The position numbers were made by a program, and so were the translations under genes. From Raillietiella orientalis (lineage: Eukaryota): a stretch of DNA of 64,000 nucleotides. Shown piece by piece: positions 1 to 12,249 of the stretch. The DNA lies in NCBI GenBank assembly GCA_036172245.1, contig JAYWIR010000090.1:1-64000 (forward strand), written 5' to 3'. Position 1 is the stretch's first letter. Each line of letters opens with the position of its first letter. Under the pieces are notes generated by a model that worked only from the letters and a program-made list of their open reading frames with translations, had not been told where the DNA came from and made no database searches.

Positions 1-492
1 TTGGGCGCTGTGGCAGCGGCTGCCTTCAGCGCTTCTGCATCCTGGACACACCGCACTCGATTGGATGCGCCGCTTCTTCACGCGTGGCGGTCTTTCTCTT
101 GGAGCGGTCGTTGCAATCATCTGCTGCGTCCGCGCCATTGTCAGGGCCCGCCACGTATTGCAGATGCGAGCAGTCCCAACATCGGTCCCCGACGCCGCAG
201 CCTGCAACCTGGAAATGGCTGTCGGGTGGCCACATCTTGGAGCAGAAGTGAGGACGGAGATCGGCGGCATTCACCGCCGGTTCTGAGAATAGGAACGGTT
301 AGACTGTATACCCCTGTCCCCGCCCTCCCACCCAATTTATTTATTTATTGTCCCACCTCCTGCCGTTCCGAACTCTCAGTGTGCCCGGACTGCGTTCCGG
401 GAAATCTACTTCCCATTTTCTGTTCCCCTTTCCTGGGAACACAGTTCCCAGTTGATATTATAATAAACGTCCCGGCGCAACCGGGTAATAAA
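1..492 (+). mobile_element. Element A: 3' end of L1/Tx1-like non-LTR retrotransposon (ORF2 C-terminus to TGA at 286, then 3' UTR)
   Basis: Frame 2..286 reads WALWQRLPSALL...RRFF...IAGIHRRF-like, collinear with the ORF2 ends at 3404-3685 and 56700-56990(-). The 3' UTR has a hairpin at 433-451, AATAAA at 462-467 and a CCCGG-cgcaa-CCGGG hairpin at 471-485. Confidence 0.9.
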
Positions 493-1669
493 CGACGGAC
501 GCCACCGCCGGGTCGATAGCCTCCGGCATTAATTTGCCGGAGGGCTGAAAGTCGGCAGCGACGAGTGCATTTTTGCCACTCTTTTCGACCGCAGGAATGC
601 GCTTGATGACGACAGAGCAGCGTTTCATATTTTCGCGATGCGGCAAATCCTCGCTGCGTTTCGGGACATTTTTTTTTGCTTCCTTGAGGCTTTTGTGCCT
701 CTTGGATTTTACTACCTGCCATCCAGGTTCCTGGCCGTTCTCCTCGACCTTGTCCGAGTTTTCCAAGATCTCGGAGCTGACCTTCACCTGAGGCACGATA
801 GTTGTTTTTCGAGCGGCGGCTCTCTCTCGGGCTGCCTGAACTCGTCTTTTTCTCGCCGCGTGCTTCTTCGCATTCCGTGCGGACGCGACGCGGACTTCAT
901 GTTGCGGGCACACTGGAAGAGTGTGCCCGGGTTGCTTGCATTGCTTGCACTGCAAGTGGGGGCACCTTTTTTTCAGGTGAACTGAAGAGCTGCAATGCCC
1001 GCAGAAATGCGGCTTACCGACATACCAGATGTCAATGGGTTCGCCGTTGAACTCCAGCTTGTTAGGTAGGGAGCAACCCTCGCGGACCGTGATGCGCGCG
1101 GAAGCCATACCACAATTCAGGAGATCGTACTCCCAAAACGGAGTCGGCCTTTTCCACAACGCGTGGACAGTTCCAAATTTAACTAGTTCCTTTCGGACAG
1201 CCTCTTCGGCCATCCGGAAGGTGATTCCGAGGAGGTGGATCACGATAGATCTATCCTCCGTAATGGGGAGGAGCCGGCGATTCCCTAAAGGAACAGGTGT
1301 ACGGAGCAGACGCTGGGCAAGACTTGCTTCTTTGCAAATCACCTCAACGTACTGTCCACCACCTCTGATGGTCATCACCAAGAGCTCCTCCTGGGGTACT
1401 TTGAGGGAGTGCATCGCTTTCGAGAAAGCGCGTGCACTCTCAAAGGAGTAAAGGTTGCCTACCTTGTAGAGTAGAGGGGGATTGTACCCCTCCTCCAGAT
1501 AGGCTTTTAATTCAGCCGCAGCCGCTTGCATTGGCGCCGCAGCCACGGAACTTTAGCTTCTCCCTAGCGAGGGAGACGCTTCTGTTGGGGCGGATGCCCC
1601 CACATCCATTGATTCAGGAGGCGACATAGACGTCGCCCCCTCCTTAACATTGGTGGTGGTCCCAGGCAT
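493..1669 (-). pseudogene. ORF1 (RRM-like plus two CCHC zinc knuckles) of element E, one premature TAA
   Basis: ATG at 1669 is in frame with track ORF 458..1546. A single TAA at 1555-1553 falls in RS*SSVAAA (compare LSYASVAAG in element D). Knuckles are CGHCSSSVHLKKRC and CKQCKQPGHTLPVC, and there is a WQVVKSKR motif. The last residues of the track ORF (YYPVAPGRLL) are read-through into element A. Confidence 0.85.
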
Positions 1670-1779
1670 TGCTGCCTAGCCACCACCAAATCCACTGGCA
1701 CACCAAGAAAAAAAGAAAAAAAAAATAAAAGCACAAACGCTCAAGAGCGAAACAAAAACCCGTCCGCTCTCGCTCGAGG
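493..1779 (-). mobile_element. Element E: 5' part of a related non-LTR retrotransposon (5' UTR, gag-like ORF1, cut at about the ORF2 start)
   Basis: T-rich 5' UTR at about 1690-1779, followed by ORF1 with an RRM-like region and CCHC knuckles. It runs directly into the reverse complement of element A's 3' terminus. Confidence 0.85.
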
Positions 1780-3685
1780 ACTGGGACGATCTGAAAAGAT
1801 CGGTCCGCGAGTTCTGCTGGCGGTTTCCCTTGCACCAGCTTCCGCGCGGCTTCGGAGAGGGCGTAGCCAACAGCAGAGATTTTCTGCAGGCCCGCTCCTA
1901 CTCCAGGCGCGCGGACGTTGGTCGATTATCCGAGTACAAGGCCAAGGCCGAGTGCCAGGTCTGGCAGTCAGGGGCGACAGTTCTGCTCGACGACCAGGAC
2001 CGGGAATGCTCGTCTCCAGCCGCCGTGCGACGGATAGTCAGGCGCTATTACTCTTCTCTGTATGCAGAGGCACCGACGAAACGCAGCCTCTCCCGGCTGC
2101 TTCTGCCGATTGATGCACCTGTTGTAGACGAGGAGGAACGCGCGCGTCTTGATGAGCCCTTCACGGCAGAGGAAATTTCCTCGGCCATCTCGGGGCTCAA
2201 GAGACAAAAAGCGCCAGGCGAAGATGGGCTCCCCGCGGAATTCTTCCAGTGTTTTGCGGCGGAGCTCATCCCCCTGGTGCTCCAACCCTCGTCGCTGATG
2301 CGAGACGCGGGCGATGTCCCCGCCTCGTTTCGCTCAGCGAAGGTGCGTGTACTGCCGAAAGGCGGAGATTTGCGCCAACTGAACAACTGGCGTCCGATCA
2401 CATTAGTGAATTCGGACGTCAAGTTGTTCTCGAAACTTTGGGTGGCGCGGATGGGGAGGATCACGGAGTCTTTGGTAAGTCCGGAACAGACCTACGCTGC
2501 TCCCGGGCGGACCTTGGACGCGAACCTCTTGTTCATCTGCACATTGCTGCAATTGCAGCATCGCGTGGCGTTGGACCGTCGAGCGGAAGCAACGCCTTCG
2601 ATATCTTACAGATGGAGGCGCAGCTCGCAAAGCGAAACCTCGGGAGCCTTGGCGGTTGCAATCGATTTGCACAAAGCTTTCGATTGCGTGAACCAAAAGC
2701 TTCTTCTTGAGCTCTTCGAACGTCTGGGTCTCCCGGCATCCCTGTTGGCGGACTTGCGCTCCTGCTGGCGCCACGCGATTACGTCATTGTTTTCAGTGGC
2801 TGTCTCATGAACGGCGTTCCCATACGGCGGGGTATCAGGCAGGGAGACAGCTTAAACCCCCTGCTCTTCAGCGTCTTCTTTGAGTTGGTGCTGAGGGCGT
2901 ACAGGCTGACTCTGGCCAACCTGCCAATCTCCTGTCCGGGAACTCCGGCCCTGGCCACCTATGCTGACGACCTACTTCTCCTTCTGCTCCTGTCCATCCC
3001 GACGTCCAGTATCGAAGACTTCTTCGAGCTCATTCGTCGGGGATCGGGCCTGAGCGTCAACAGGACGAAATCCACCGTTGCACCGGTTGGCTCTACGTGG
3101 GAGGGGCAGTCCGACTGGATCCGCCTGGGGATCCCCACGGGCAGGTGCCTTAAGTATCTCGGCGTTCCATTGGGCGCCTTCTGTCCAGAAGAAGCGTTGT
3201 CGGACTGCCTTCACAAGACCGAGACTGCTCTGGGCCTGTTCCCCCTTCAGTGGAAACAGGACGCTTTTCTGCTGGTGCATTGGGGTCTGTATTGCAACCA
3301 GCGTGCGCACCTGGTTTCCGTGGGAGTCGCGTTCCCGAACTGTGCGAAATGCGGAGCGGCGGAATCGCTTCCGCATTTGCTATTCGAATGCGGTGCCCTC
3401 TAAGAACTGTGGCGGCGGCTGTCTTCAGCGCTCCTGCACCCCGGGCACACCGCAGTGGACTGGATGCGCCGCTTCTTCACGCGTGGAGGAGTATCTCTGG
3501 GAGCGGTCGTCGCAATCATTTGCTGCGTCCGCGCCATTGTCAGGGCCCGCCACGTATTGCAGCTGCGAGCGGTCCCAACATCGGTCGCCGACAGTGCAGC
3601 CTGCAACCTGCAACTGGCCGCCGGGTGGCCACACCTTGACGCATAAGTGAGGACGAAGATTGCCGGCATTCACAGCCGGTTCTGA
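1780..3685 (+). pseudogene. Disrupted ORF2 (reverse transcriptase plus C-terminal zinc finger) of element B
   Basis: Motifs KAPGEDG, NWRPITL, DLHKAFD, GIRQGD.L.PLLF, YADD, KYLGV and CAKC..ES..HLLFEC. Disruptions: 1-nt frameshift near 2788, in-frame deletion near 3240, TAA at 3401 and 3644. Confidence 0.9.
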
Positions 3686-3893
3686 GAATAAGAACAGCTG
3701 AAACTGCACACCCCTGTCCCAACCCGTTCACTATATTTACTTATTTATTGTCCCCTTCCTTGCGTTCCGAACCCTCAGTATGCCCGACCTGCGTGCCGGG
3801 AACCCTCCTCCCCATCTTCTGTTCCCCTTGCCTGGGAACACAGTTCCCAGATGATTTCCAATAATAAACTTCCCGGCGCAACCGGGTAACAAA
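1780..3893 (+). mobile_element. Element B: 3' part of L1/Tx1-like element (ORF2 from the linker onward, plus 3' UTR)
   Basis: Begins abruptly at actgggacgat (the WDD.KRSVREF region of element C). The 3' UTR has a hairpin at 3832-3850, AATAAA at 3863-3868 and a terminal hairpin at 3872-3886. Confidence 0.92.
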
Positions 3894-4095
3894 CGAGGAC
3901 GCTGCAGCTTTTCAGATCCTCGCTACCCAGCTGCTTTTTGCGGCGGTACGCGAGTTTTTTCTCCTGTCTTCTCTCCTTCTTACTTTTTTGGCTGGTGCCA
4001 GTCTTTTAGGAATAACGCAACGTGCTTTATTCCTAAAAGACAAAGTGTTTACCAAAGACACTTCACCAAAGTGACACTTCAACCTTTTTTTATAC
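3894..4095 (-). mobile_element. Fragment F: probable ORF1 C-terminal remnant of a related element
   Basis: Basic peptide KARCVIPKRLAPAKKVRRRE resembles the E ORF1 tail KRCSVVIKRIPAVEK. The match is short, so the call is tentative. Confidence 0.4.
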
Positions 4096-4250
4096 ATTCA
4101 CTGTTCTCTCCTTCCCGTTCCGGACTTTCTTAAAAGCTGGCCAGTGTTCCGGTGGTAATACCTTTCGAACTTTTTCTTGTTGTTCTGTATCTGTACTCAG
4201 GGGACACTGTCCCCTGATTTGTGGTTTATTTACTTTTAAATAAATGTTAA
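4096..4250 (+). mobile_element. Fragment H: 3' UTR remnant of the same family
   Basis: ccttcccgttccgga resembles the B UTR segment ccttccttgcgttccga. There is a perfect caggggac-act-gtcccctg triloop hairpin at 4198-4216 and AATAAA at 4239. Confidence 0.6.
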
Positions 4251-4350
4251 ATTAAATTCTTAAATTCATGCTAATATATTTCAAATCGTTAGGCTTTTAG
4301 AAGATAATGCTGATCCCAAAAAATATACATATGTATGAGTGACAGTTTCC

Positions 4351-7300
4351 TCATAAATGTGGAAATAGATGCTTTTGCTTGTCTAATAATTCCTCTTGAT
4401 CACATGAATTCAAAGGTACTATTTTTATACACAAAGAATGCTTAGAAGATTTTATCGACTGAAGACAACGTTGAGCTTCTTCCACTGAGATAAAATGTAA
4501 GGTCCAAAAACCACTGCTCAAAATCTAAAAATACATATTAATATGTTCAACTTCTGTAATGCCTACCAAATAGAATGATGAATATCCCTCACTCCAGTGC
4601 ACATGAAAACATTCGTTTAAATGAATGTATGCCAACAACTGTCTGGGATAAATGTCACCATCTGCACGATGGAACATAAGCAAAGAATCTGTACATACTA
4701 ACACATATGCTGGTATAGAAATCAGTGAATCACAGCACTTTTGAACACTATTGCAAGAAATACACTGATAATCACAGGAATTTTCTCTGTTTTCCCATTT
4801 TCTCATGGTACGAAGAAGTGATATTACCAATTTTTGTATCTGACAATTATTCTCACAAGCCAGTTGGATTCTTTTATCTTCGGATATCGGAATTTGTGCA
4901 GCCTGAATGCAGTTAGGGAGATGCACTGTAAACAAATTCTCAGAAATACCATTTAATGGTACTGAAAGAACAAGTTCTTGGGGATTAATGCGATAAATCT
5001 GAAAGTAAGCATTACTGCATTCACTATAAGCAACACCTTATGTGAGGGTCAACTTACTGTAAAATAAAGTGGCCCATTTCCCAGGACTTTTGAACAGCGG
5101 CGTCATTTCTATCTGTGATTCGATATAACAGATCGACTTCAAAAATTGCTTTATGACTATGACAATGATTTTCCAACCATGCCATGCTGTAGCATAAAAA
5201 CTCCATGATGTGCTGTTTTATGTGTTACAAGACTGGTTTGCAATTTAATACTTGCTTTTTGAGAATGCAAACGGTATAACGAAGCCACATAGCTTTCAAA
5301 GTCATGATCTTGAAAACTGATATGAAAGTCATGCTTTAAATACATTGCAAGGAAGACACACATAGACACCACACTGCAGCAAGTAGCCTTACATCCCACA
5401 TCACAAGAATAGGTAACCCGAGTTTTTTTAAGATGAAAAGTAACCCTTTGATAATCCAATCCAATCTAGAATAAATAGACGAAACTCGTAACATTTTTAA
5501 ACAAAGAATTCCAAGAAATGGATGAGATGCACCACTTATTCTTTCTGCTTGGCATCTGAAAGAGATTCACAAATTATTCAATAAATAAAGGATACAGGTA
5601 AAGTATAGGAATGAATAAACATTTTGTGCAGATCCATGGATCTTTCGTATTAAGGTTTCAAATAATAATGAACGAAAACAATAGGGATATTCACTTGTAT
5701 ACTAGAGTGAAACATGAAAACAAAATACGTAAAAAGAAAACAAACAGCAATTAATAAAAAAAAAATAGCACAATTGGAACAAACTAAAAACACCATTTGA
5801 GTTTGCAAGTAACTAATCATGGTTGTACATAAATGTGAAAAATTGTTACATGTATTTAATCAAACAGTTACATCAACTGCTTTTTTTTTTTCTTTGCAAG
5901 GGAAGTAAACAATTCTTTTGGATCATGAAAAAACCAATTGAAAGAATACTTTTTAACAGAAACAAAGACACATGCTTAAATAAAGTCTTTGATTTCTCTT
6001 AATGGGAGGAAGAAGCTTTATCCTATAATAAAAAAATGGGAATCACAAACTGCAATGCTCTCAACAGTCATAATATAACATAATTTCATTTTTACAGTGA
6101 TTAATGCATTTAAGAGAACTGTGAAGCACATGCGAAAATCTACACAAATTTCAAAAACAAAATCTAAAAACACACAAACAAAAGTATAAAAACAATGGCT
6201 CAAATTACTGTTACTTTCATAGAATTGGTTTGGGTCCTTTATTATTCTGTAATATTTAAACACGAAAAACTTTAATATACTTCATAACTCGCAATGATCA
6301 AAAAACAATAGATGAAATATATCATTTTATTTACACATAAATAATGCTTTACTCGTAAAATAAAAATTCAAGCCATAATGCATTAGAATTTCTTCAATCA
6401 CCTTTTAAAATTAAGCATTATTCCACAAATGCTTGACCATACTGTGATTAAATAATTTCTACAGTGAAAATGTACACACTTTGTCCGAAAATAAAAGCCA
6501 ATTATCGGTTCATTTATCAAGACAATCAATTCACAATAATTTCAATACCATGTACAACACAGTCCATCCCATATACTTTCCAGATTGTTTCAAACTCCTT
6601 AATGCTGCATATCTAAAGGGTTCTCAGTTGTTAAACTACTCATGCACCATTTCTTTTAACTTTGCTGTCATTTAAAACTCGGATCTCCATACATTACTCT
6701 TTTTTCAGTCATCAACAAAGTCACAGCAGGGTGAACTAAGTGTCTAACTTTAATCTCAACAGCAACACTAGTCCTACTACTTTTAAGCTTCTCTTCATAG
6801 ACTTTTCATTAACTTCCCCCTTGTTCTAAAGTCCTTTCTGAATACAAGATGGTTAGCTACCTTTGGCCACAAAGACCTGACTACAGCCTCACACTCCCAT
6901 CAGAAGGTGTAATTGGAAAATGGTGCCAATACTGTTACGGCTTAATTGAACAATTCAGAGTGAATGCAAGGTTGTGGTGAAACACATCTAATCTTGCCTA
7001 ATAATTAAAAAAATATAATTAGAAAGTATGAAGACTTTGGAGTGTGTTCCGACATGAGTGTAAGCACTCATGCATAAGCTGCCTTTATTTTTTGTTTGCT
7101 CCAAACTCACGACTCTTTTAAATAGTTTGCCATAGAGAGAGAATGGTACCACACTATCTTTGTTCCAACCTCATCACAAACTTCATAAGAGCAACTGCGA
7201 TAATCAAAACATTATTTCAATTATTTCACTTAGTTTGAAAAAATGTTTTATCACTTCAAATTTTTTCTAATTTTAAAATTACTTCCAATTTTTCTTTCCA

Positions 7301-10300
7301 GTGTATTAATCCTCTTTATTTACTTAATTGAAATTGCTTGAATTTCTGAAGAAGCTGAAGTTTCTATATAAACAGTTTTAATTGAATTTCAGCTTTAGAC
7401 ACCTTTTTTTGCAATAACCAATGAAACACCTTAGAAAACATGCTAACTCAAAAAACAGTTTTGTTGTACTAAATTGGATTTCAAACAGAAAACTGCACAG
7501 TTTATATGCAGATAAGTAAATGTCTTAAATATCGAATAATGAGTTTTTTCCCTGAACTACCTTCACTTTGGGAGCTTTAACATTTTAATTTCATTTCATG
7601 TTCATCAGGAAGGAAATTAAATCAGGTGTATACAAATTTTATTGCAAAACTTTTAGAACTGCTCAGGTTAAGTGAACTCCTAAGTTGGAACTATAACTAA
7701 GTTATACATGTTATACAACATGTATGTAACCCCAAACTGACCAGACAATACTGCTTGTTTTGGATAAATAAATTTTTTTTTATTATAATTTCATTGAATC
7801 TGCATTTTCTTCTTAAGAATAACTGATTAGCATTAATAAGGAAAATATAAAAGGAAAGAAAAACATTATAAATATCAGTTTAATACGATATACATGCAAT
7901 TTTATATACGTAATTTTTAAATGGGGCAAAAAGGTTACTCTGAGAAGAGAAAAGAATTCTTACTTGACAACTGCATGTAAACAATAATCATTGACAACAA
8001 ACAGTATAAATAGAATACAACATTGTCTTTTGCTTTCTTTGTAATGTAATTTTTTCTTTTTTTTTTTTACTTTTCAATCTGTGTTTTCCATGTTTTATTG
8101 CGAGTACAAATTTATTTGCTTAAGCTACTTTAGTAGTTATGGAAGCCAGTATACTGCTAGAAATAACTGGATGAGCAACTGGAAGCAAGGAATGAACTTG
8201 TTGGATAAATGTAATTCATCAACAATATGGAACAAATGTAAATACCAAAATTAAATGTCAAATTATAAGATTCAGTTATCTGAGAAATCTTTTATTTCAT
8301 AGTAATACTGTAAACAGTAAAAAACTTACTTCAATCTTATATATCTGTTCATATGGAAAACAACATACAACAAACAAAGACTTCATAACAGGACCATGAG
8401 TTTGTTTTATCCATGCTAAGTAAACCATTGCAGAACTGAGAATACCAAGTGTCAGTTTGAGGCTGGCTAAACGGACCACCTGTAGAAATAATATGAAGTA
8501 TAAAATTGTTTTAGGAAATCACTCGCCATTTTCAATGTTTCTCCTGGAAATTTTAACACAGATAACAGTTGTGAAGTAGTTTTTTTACAAAATGAACCAT
8601 TGAGAGTAATATGTCTTTGAATAATTGCATACAAGTTTGAAGTATCCACAGTAAGTTTTGTTGGGCATAAGGTTGATATCACTCCACTTAAAAAACTACT
8701 ATTCATCATTATATCTTGATCCCTTTTTTTCATATAGGTACTTAGCAATGCATTAGTACCTTGACTATTTTTTGATGTAATGGAAAACTGTTTTGGAGCA
8801 GCATTCACAACAAATTTTTTTTCCAAAAATTCATTATTCTTAACACTAGTTTTTAATTTTAATTTCTTCTCATTCACTCTGCTTCTGATCAGCATATTAG
8901 GATTTGCGGATTTCCAAAGCTGATGCTGATGTTCACTGTGATCCGTGACATAACCGGATGTACTTAAATCATCAGTCCTATAGTCAAAACTATTTTCGGA
9001 ATTCGATCTGTGATGCCATATGCAGGAAGATAAAATATCAACAGTTTCATATTTGTTGCATAAATGGCAATTTCGTAGGCAACTGATTGCTGTTTCTTCT
9101 GCCTCTACAGCTTCCTCCAAAATGTAGAACTCATTAACCATATGACTCATGATTCTTCCTAGAATATGCGAACAGATCTAAATTACCGATTATTATACAA
9201 AAAAGGATGGAACAAAATGATACTATCTGCCAATTGTAGGCATGCATTAGTCACTGAACCGCAGATAATACATTCAGGGCACAATTCGTGCACATTCAAT
9301 GATGTCAACAATGCAGTTCTCCTGTAAGCACCAAAATTCTGCTTATTCGAAGTACCAAGTTACTTCGAATAACGCTAAATGTCACAACATCGCACGAAAT
9401 ACAAACCTTGACGGGATTCTAAAGTTGTAGTGAAGAAAATGAATTTTTTCAATAAAAATTCCTAAGTAACATCACACTAAAGTATATAAAACAGGATTCT
9501 ATTGTTTCATCATCTCAATTACTTGAGCATGTTAGTTAAACTTAAATGATGTCTGAGGAAAAGACTTGTAAAAGTAACGACTGAAAATGTATAATGATTT
9601 CTGGAGGAATTCCTGTTGGACGTATTTTGAAAAGTTTGTCCTTTCGTTGAAATTCTGAAAAATGACAGACTGTGAACTATTAGCGCAACATCTTTCGAGT
9701 ACTCGGAAGTGATCAGTTGAAACCAAATTTTCTTTTCAGGCACAATGACATTAAATCTTTTCTGAATTTGGAACTTACTGAGTGCAGTATAGAATGCTTG
9801 ATTGTGCTTGTGTAGACGTTAAACTAGCGGCTAACTCAAGAACTCATTATATGAGAATAGAGACAGCAAAACTGATGCTCACGAAATTTACCAAAATTGA
9901 CTGTATTTAGAAAAATAATAATCTTTCAAACTAACGATCTGTTATAGTAATATTCCATAACACTTACGAACATGAGTATCACGGATTTTGAAGTTATGCA
10001 AGCGGTAGTTACTGTTTGCATGCAGTAGTAAAGTTTCTTAAGTTTAAATACCATTTTTGGGTATATTGTGTCAGTATTGGAAACATGAGCAGCGATTCAG
10101 TGATAGTTATGGTGGAAGATTTTGCCCTTCGATTGAACTGGAACATTTACTTTTGAATGCAAAAGATGATAGAAAACCCATTTAATTTTTTTATAGTTGT
10201 TTATGCAGAGGGTTGCGATTAGTAGGAATAATTTGTTTCACAAAATACTCATTATTCGAATTCTTACTATTTGACCAAATAACTACATGCAAAATATGTA

Positions 10301-12037
10301 ACTGGTTCTAGCTTAAAATAAGCAATAAGCAGTTTTAATGGTAAGCTTTAATATGTTTGCTAAAGCGATATTTCAATAAAGAAGGAAAACGAATTTACTT
10401 AAGATATAAAGTTATTGCTAAAAAAGCCATTATAACTACAGAGTGCAAAACTAAAACGAACAAATTTGAAATATCATCCATGAAGACAACCTTACACTAA
10501 TAAAAATATCTTAATTGCTTTTCCAAATATTTTAGCAGCTCTTTCACTGAAGTTTTACTTTCATCTTCATACATATGTCTGTAGATACAGAATTACTGAT
10601 ATGCGGACGAAGTTGCAAGCTTCGACAGAGTTCACATCCATAATTTGTTACTTCACAACTTCTATGTCCTACAGAATATCTTAAAATTCCCTGAGGATGA
10701 ACTCTTGCACTCGACTCTTCTCACATTCTTTGATACTCTTGTCGGCTTTATCACAAGTTCGTTCTAGATCTAAAAGCGGATCATTAATCAATTCTTCCAA
10801 ATGTGAATTGACTATTTGTCGAACATGCTAATTTTCTAATTCTCCAAATTTTCCAATTCATTGATGCCAGTTGTTCTTCTGAGATTTGCTATTTCTTCTA
10901 TTACAGTTTTTTCCTCGAAATCAAATTTTCGTTCTAATGTAATAGTATGCCTTTTCTTTTTGCACCTGTAGTGCTTTTATCTGCAGAAGTTTCCTCTTGT
11001 TCATTTTCTTGGGGCAATTTTTAAAACAATTAAAACGTATCATGAAAACTGATGAACATTACGACATTCATATGCAAGGATAGATAAGTTTAGACTGAAA
11101 TTACAGTCTGGAACTCATACGGGAACCTGTCAATCTTAACTGAGAATACACTAGCCCATATTAGCTGAGTTTTGTTTTGAGCTAAAAGTGATTTGAATTT
11201 TTGAAAAATTTCGAACTAAATGGAATTCGCACCAATCATGGCTTATTTGTATTTTCCTTTTATGCTTTTGTGTTTCATATTGTGTGAGGGAGAATGCACC
11301 GTACACCATTTTCTTTATATGCGTCTTATTCGATCAGTGTGTAATAAAAAAATTATGTTATATTGTAATAAAATCTTTCACAGCAACAGACATGCAAGAC
11401 TTTATAGTTATCTCTTTCAAAAGCACTTATAAATTTGAAAACTTTAAGATTCAAGAAAGAAAGTAAGCAACATACTTTACTTGTATTTTGCATTATTTAT
11501 GGGAAAGGAATAGGTAACTCTTTATATGAAACTTTGTAAGCTTATAAGGTACATTTTCTCATTGGAGAAGTAATATGAGAACTAAGCTTTGGATGCCATG
11601 TGCAATTGAACCAGTTTTTCAAGTAGTAAAGCAAGATATGATTTAAAAATCCATGTAAAGGAAAAACATCTATTAAAAAGAAATCTAATCTCACCTGAAA
11701 AAAATGGTGGAGTTTCCATTCTTCCGAAAACATTGATTCCAAAAAGTTCTCTTTAAAAATTATGCCATATTTTAAAAGATACTTTGTATTCTCTAATTTT
11801 CTTGCAATAGCACTTAAAGTTTTCATTCCTGTTGGTGGGATGAAACGAAGATTCTGAATCTACTTTTTCCGATCAAAATATCTTTACGCTTTGACCGTTT
11901 ACATCAAATAAACATTCCGAGTTACACTCCTTGATATTTAGCTCATTATTTATGAGCGAGATTGTTTTGGAATAACAATGATTTGAAAATTGCTTACTGT
12001 CTCCTAAAATTTCAATGGTGCATTTTAGAGACGACAT
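4351..12037 (-). CDS. Multi-exon PLEKHM2/SKIP-like protein (degenerate RUN-like N-terminus, PH and PH-like C-terminus); exon structure partly inferred
   Basis: The last exon 4524-4351 ends in TGA. Upstream exon peptides SWEMGHFIL, LVLSVPLNG...IQLACEN and YVLVCTDSLLMFH...WTLHFISVEE resemble the PLEKHM2 PH and C-terminal domains. There is a large exon at about 8480-9150. Candidate first exons 12037-11998 and about 11828-11695 (KENFLESMF..KLHHFF) resemble a RUN motif. GT-AG sites are present. Confidence 0.5.
10550..11000 (-). mobile_element. Internally deleted pogo/Tigger-like DNA transposon remnant (intronic)
   Basis: The minus strand reads KKKRHTITLERKFDF (Tigger-like N-terminus) joined to VIEEIANL...IVNSHLEELINDPLLDLE (Tigger-like C-terminus). 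TIRs were not resolved. Confidence 0.5.
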
Positions 12038-12249
12038 GGATCCAGGTGTATTTAATTATGAATAATACTCACCGTATGAGTATTTCATATATGCTGATCT
12101 CAGAATTGCTTTCCAAAAGATGTGTTTGTATGGATGTTTAGTGTGTATTTCAAATGTAAGAATAAACGTATGAAAATCTAATGCTAGTAAAGTTGAGTGT
12201 TAATCTTGTATTCTTTGTTATTTAGACCAAGAAAGTTTATGTGCTAATC

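Noticed and set aside
493..3893. Twin-priming (5' inversion of a single element) as the explanation for the E/B and C/D head-to-head junctions
   Set aside because: C and D both contain an ORF1 tail and an endonuclease, and these are highly divergent from each other. B matches C, whose ORF1 tail differs from E's. The paired pieces therefore do not come from one RNA, although mosaicism leaves slight doubt for E/B.
9343..9372. Perfect 12-bp hairpin ttattcgaagta-ccaagt-tacttcgaataa near a splice acceptor
   Set aside because: Single AT-rich instance with no supporting conservation; function cannot be supported.
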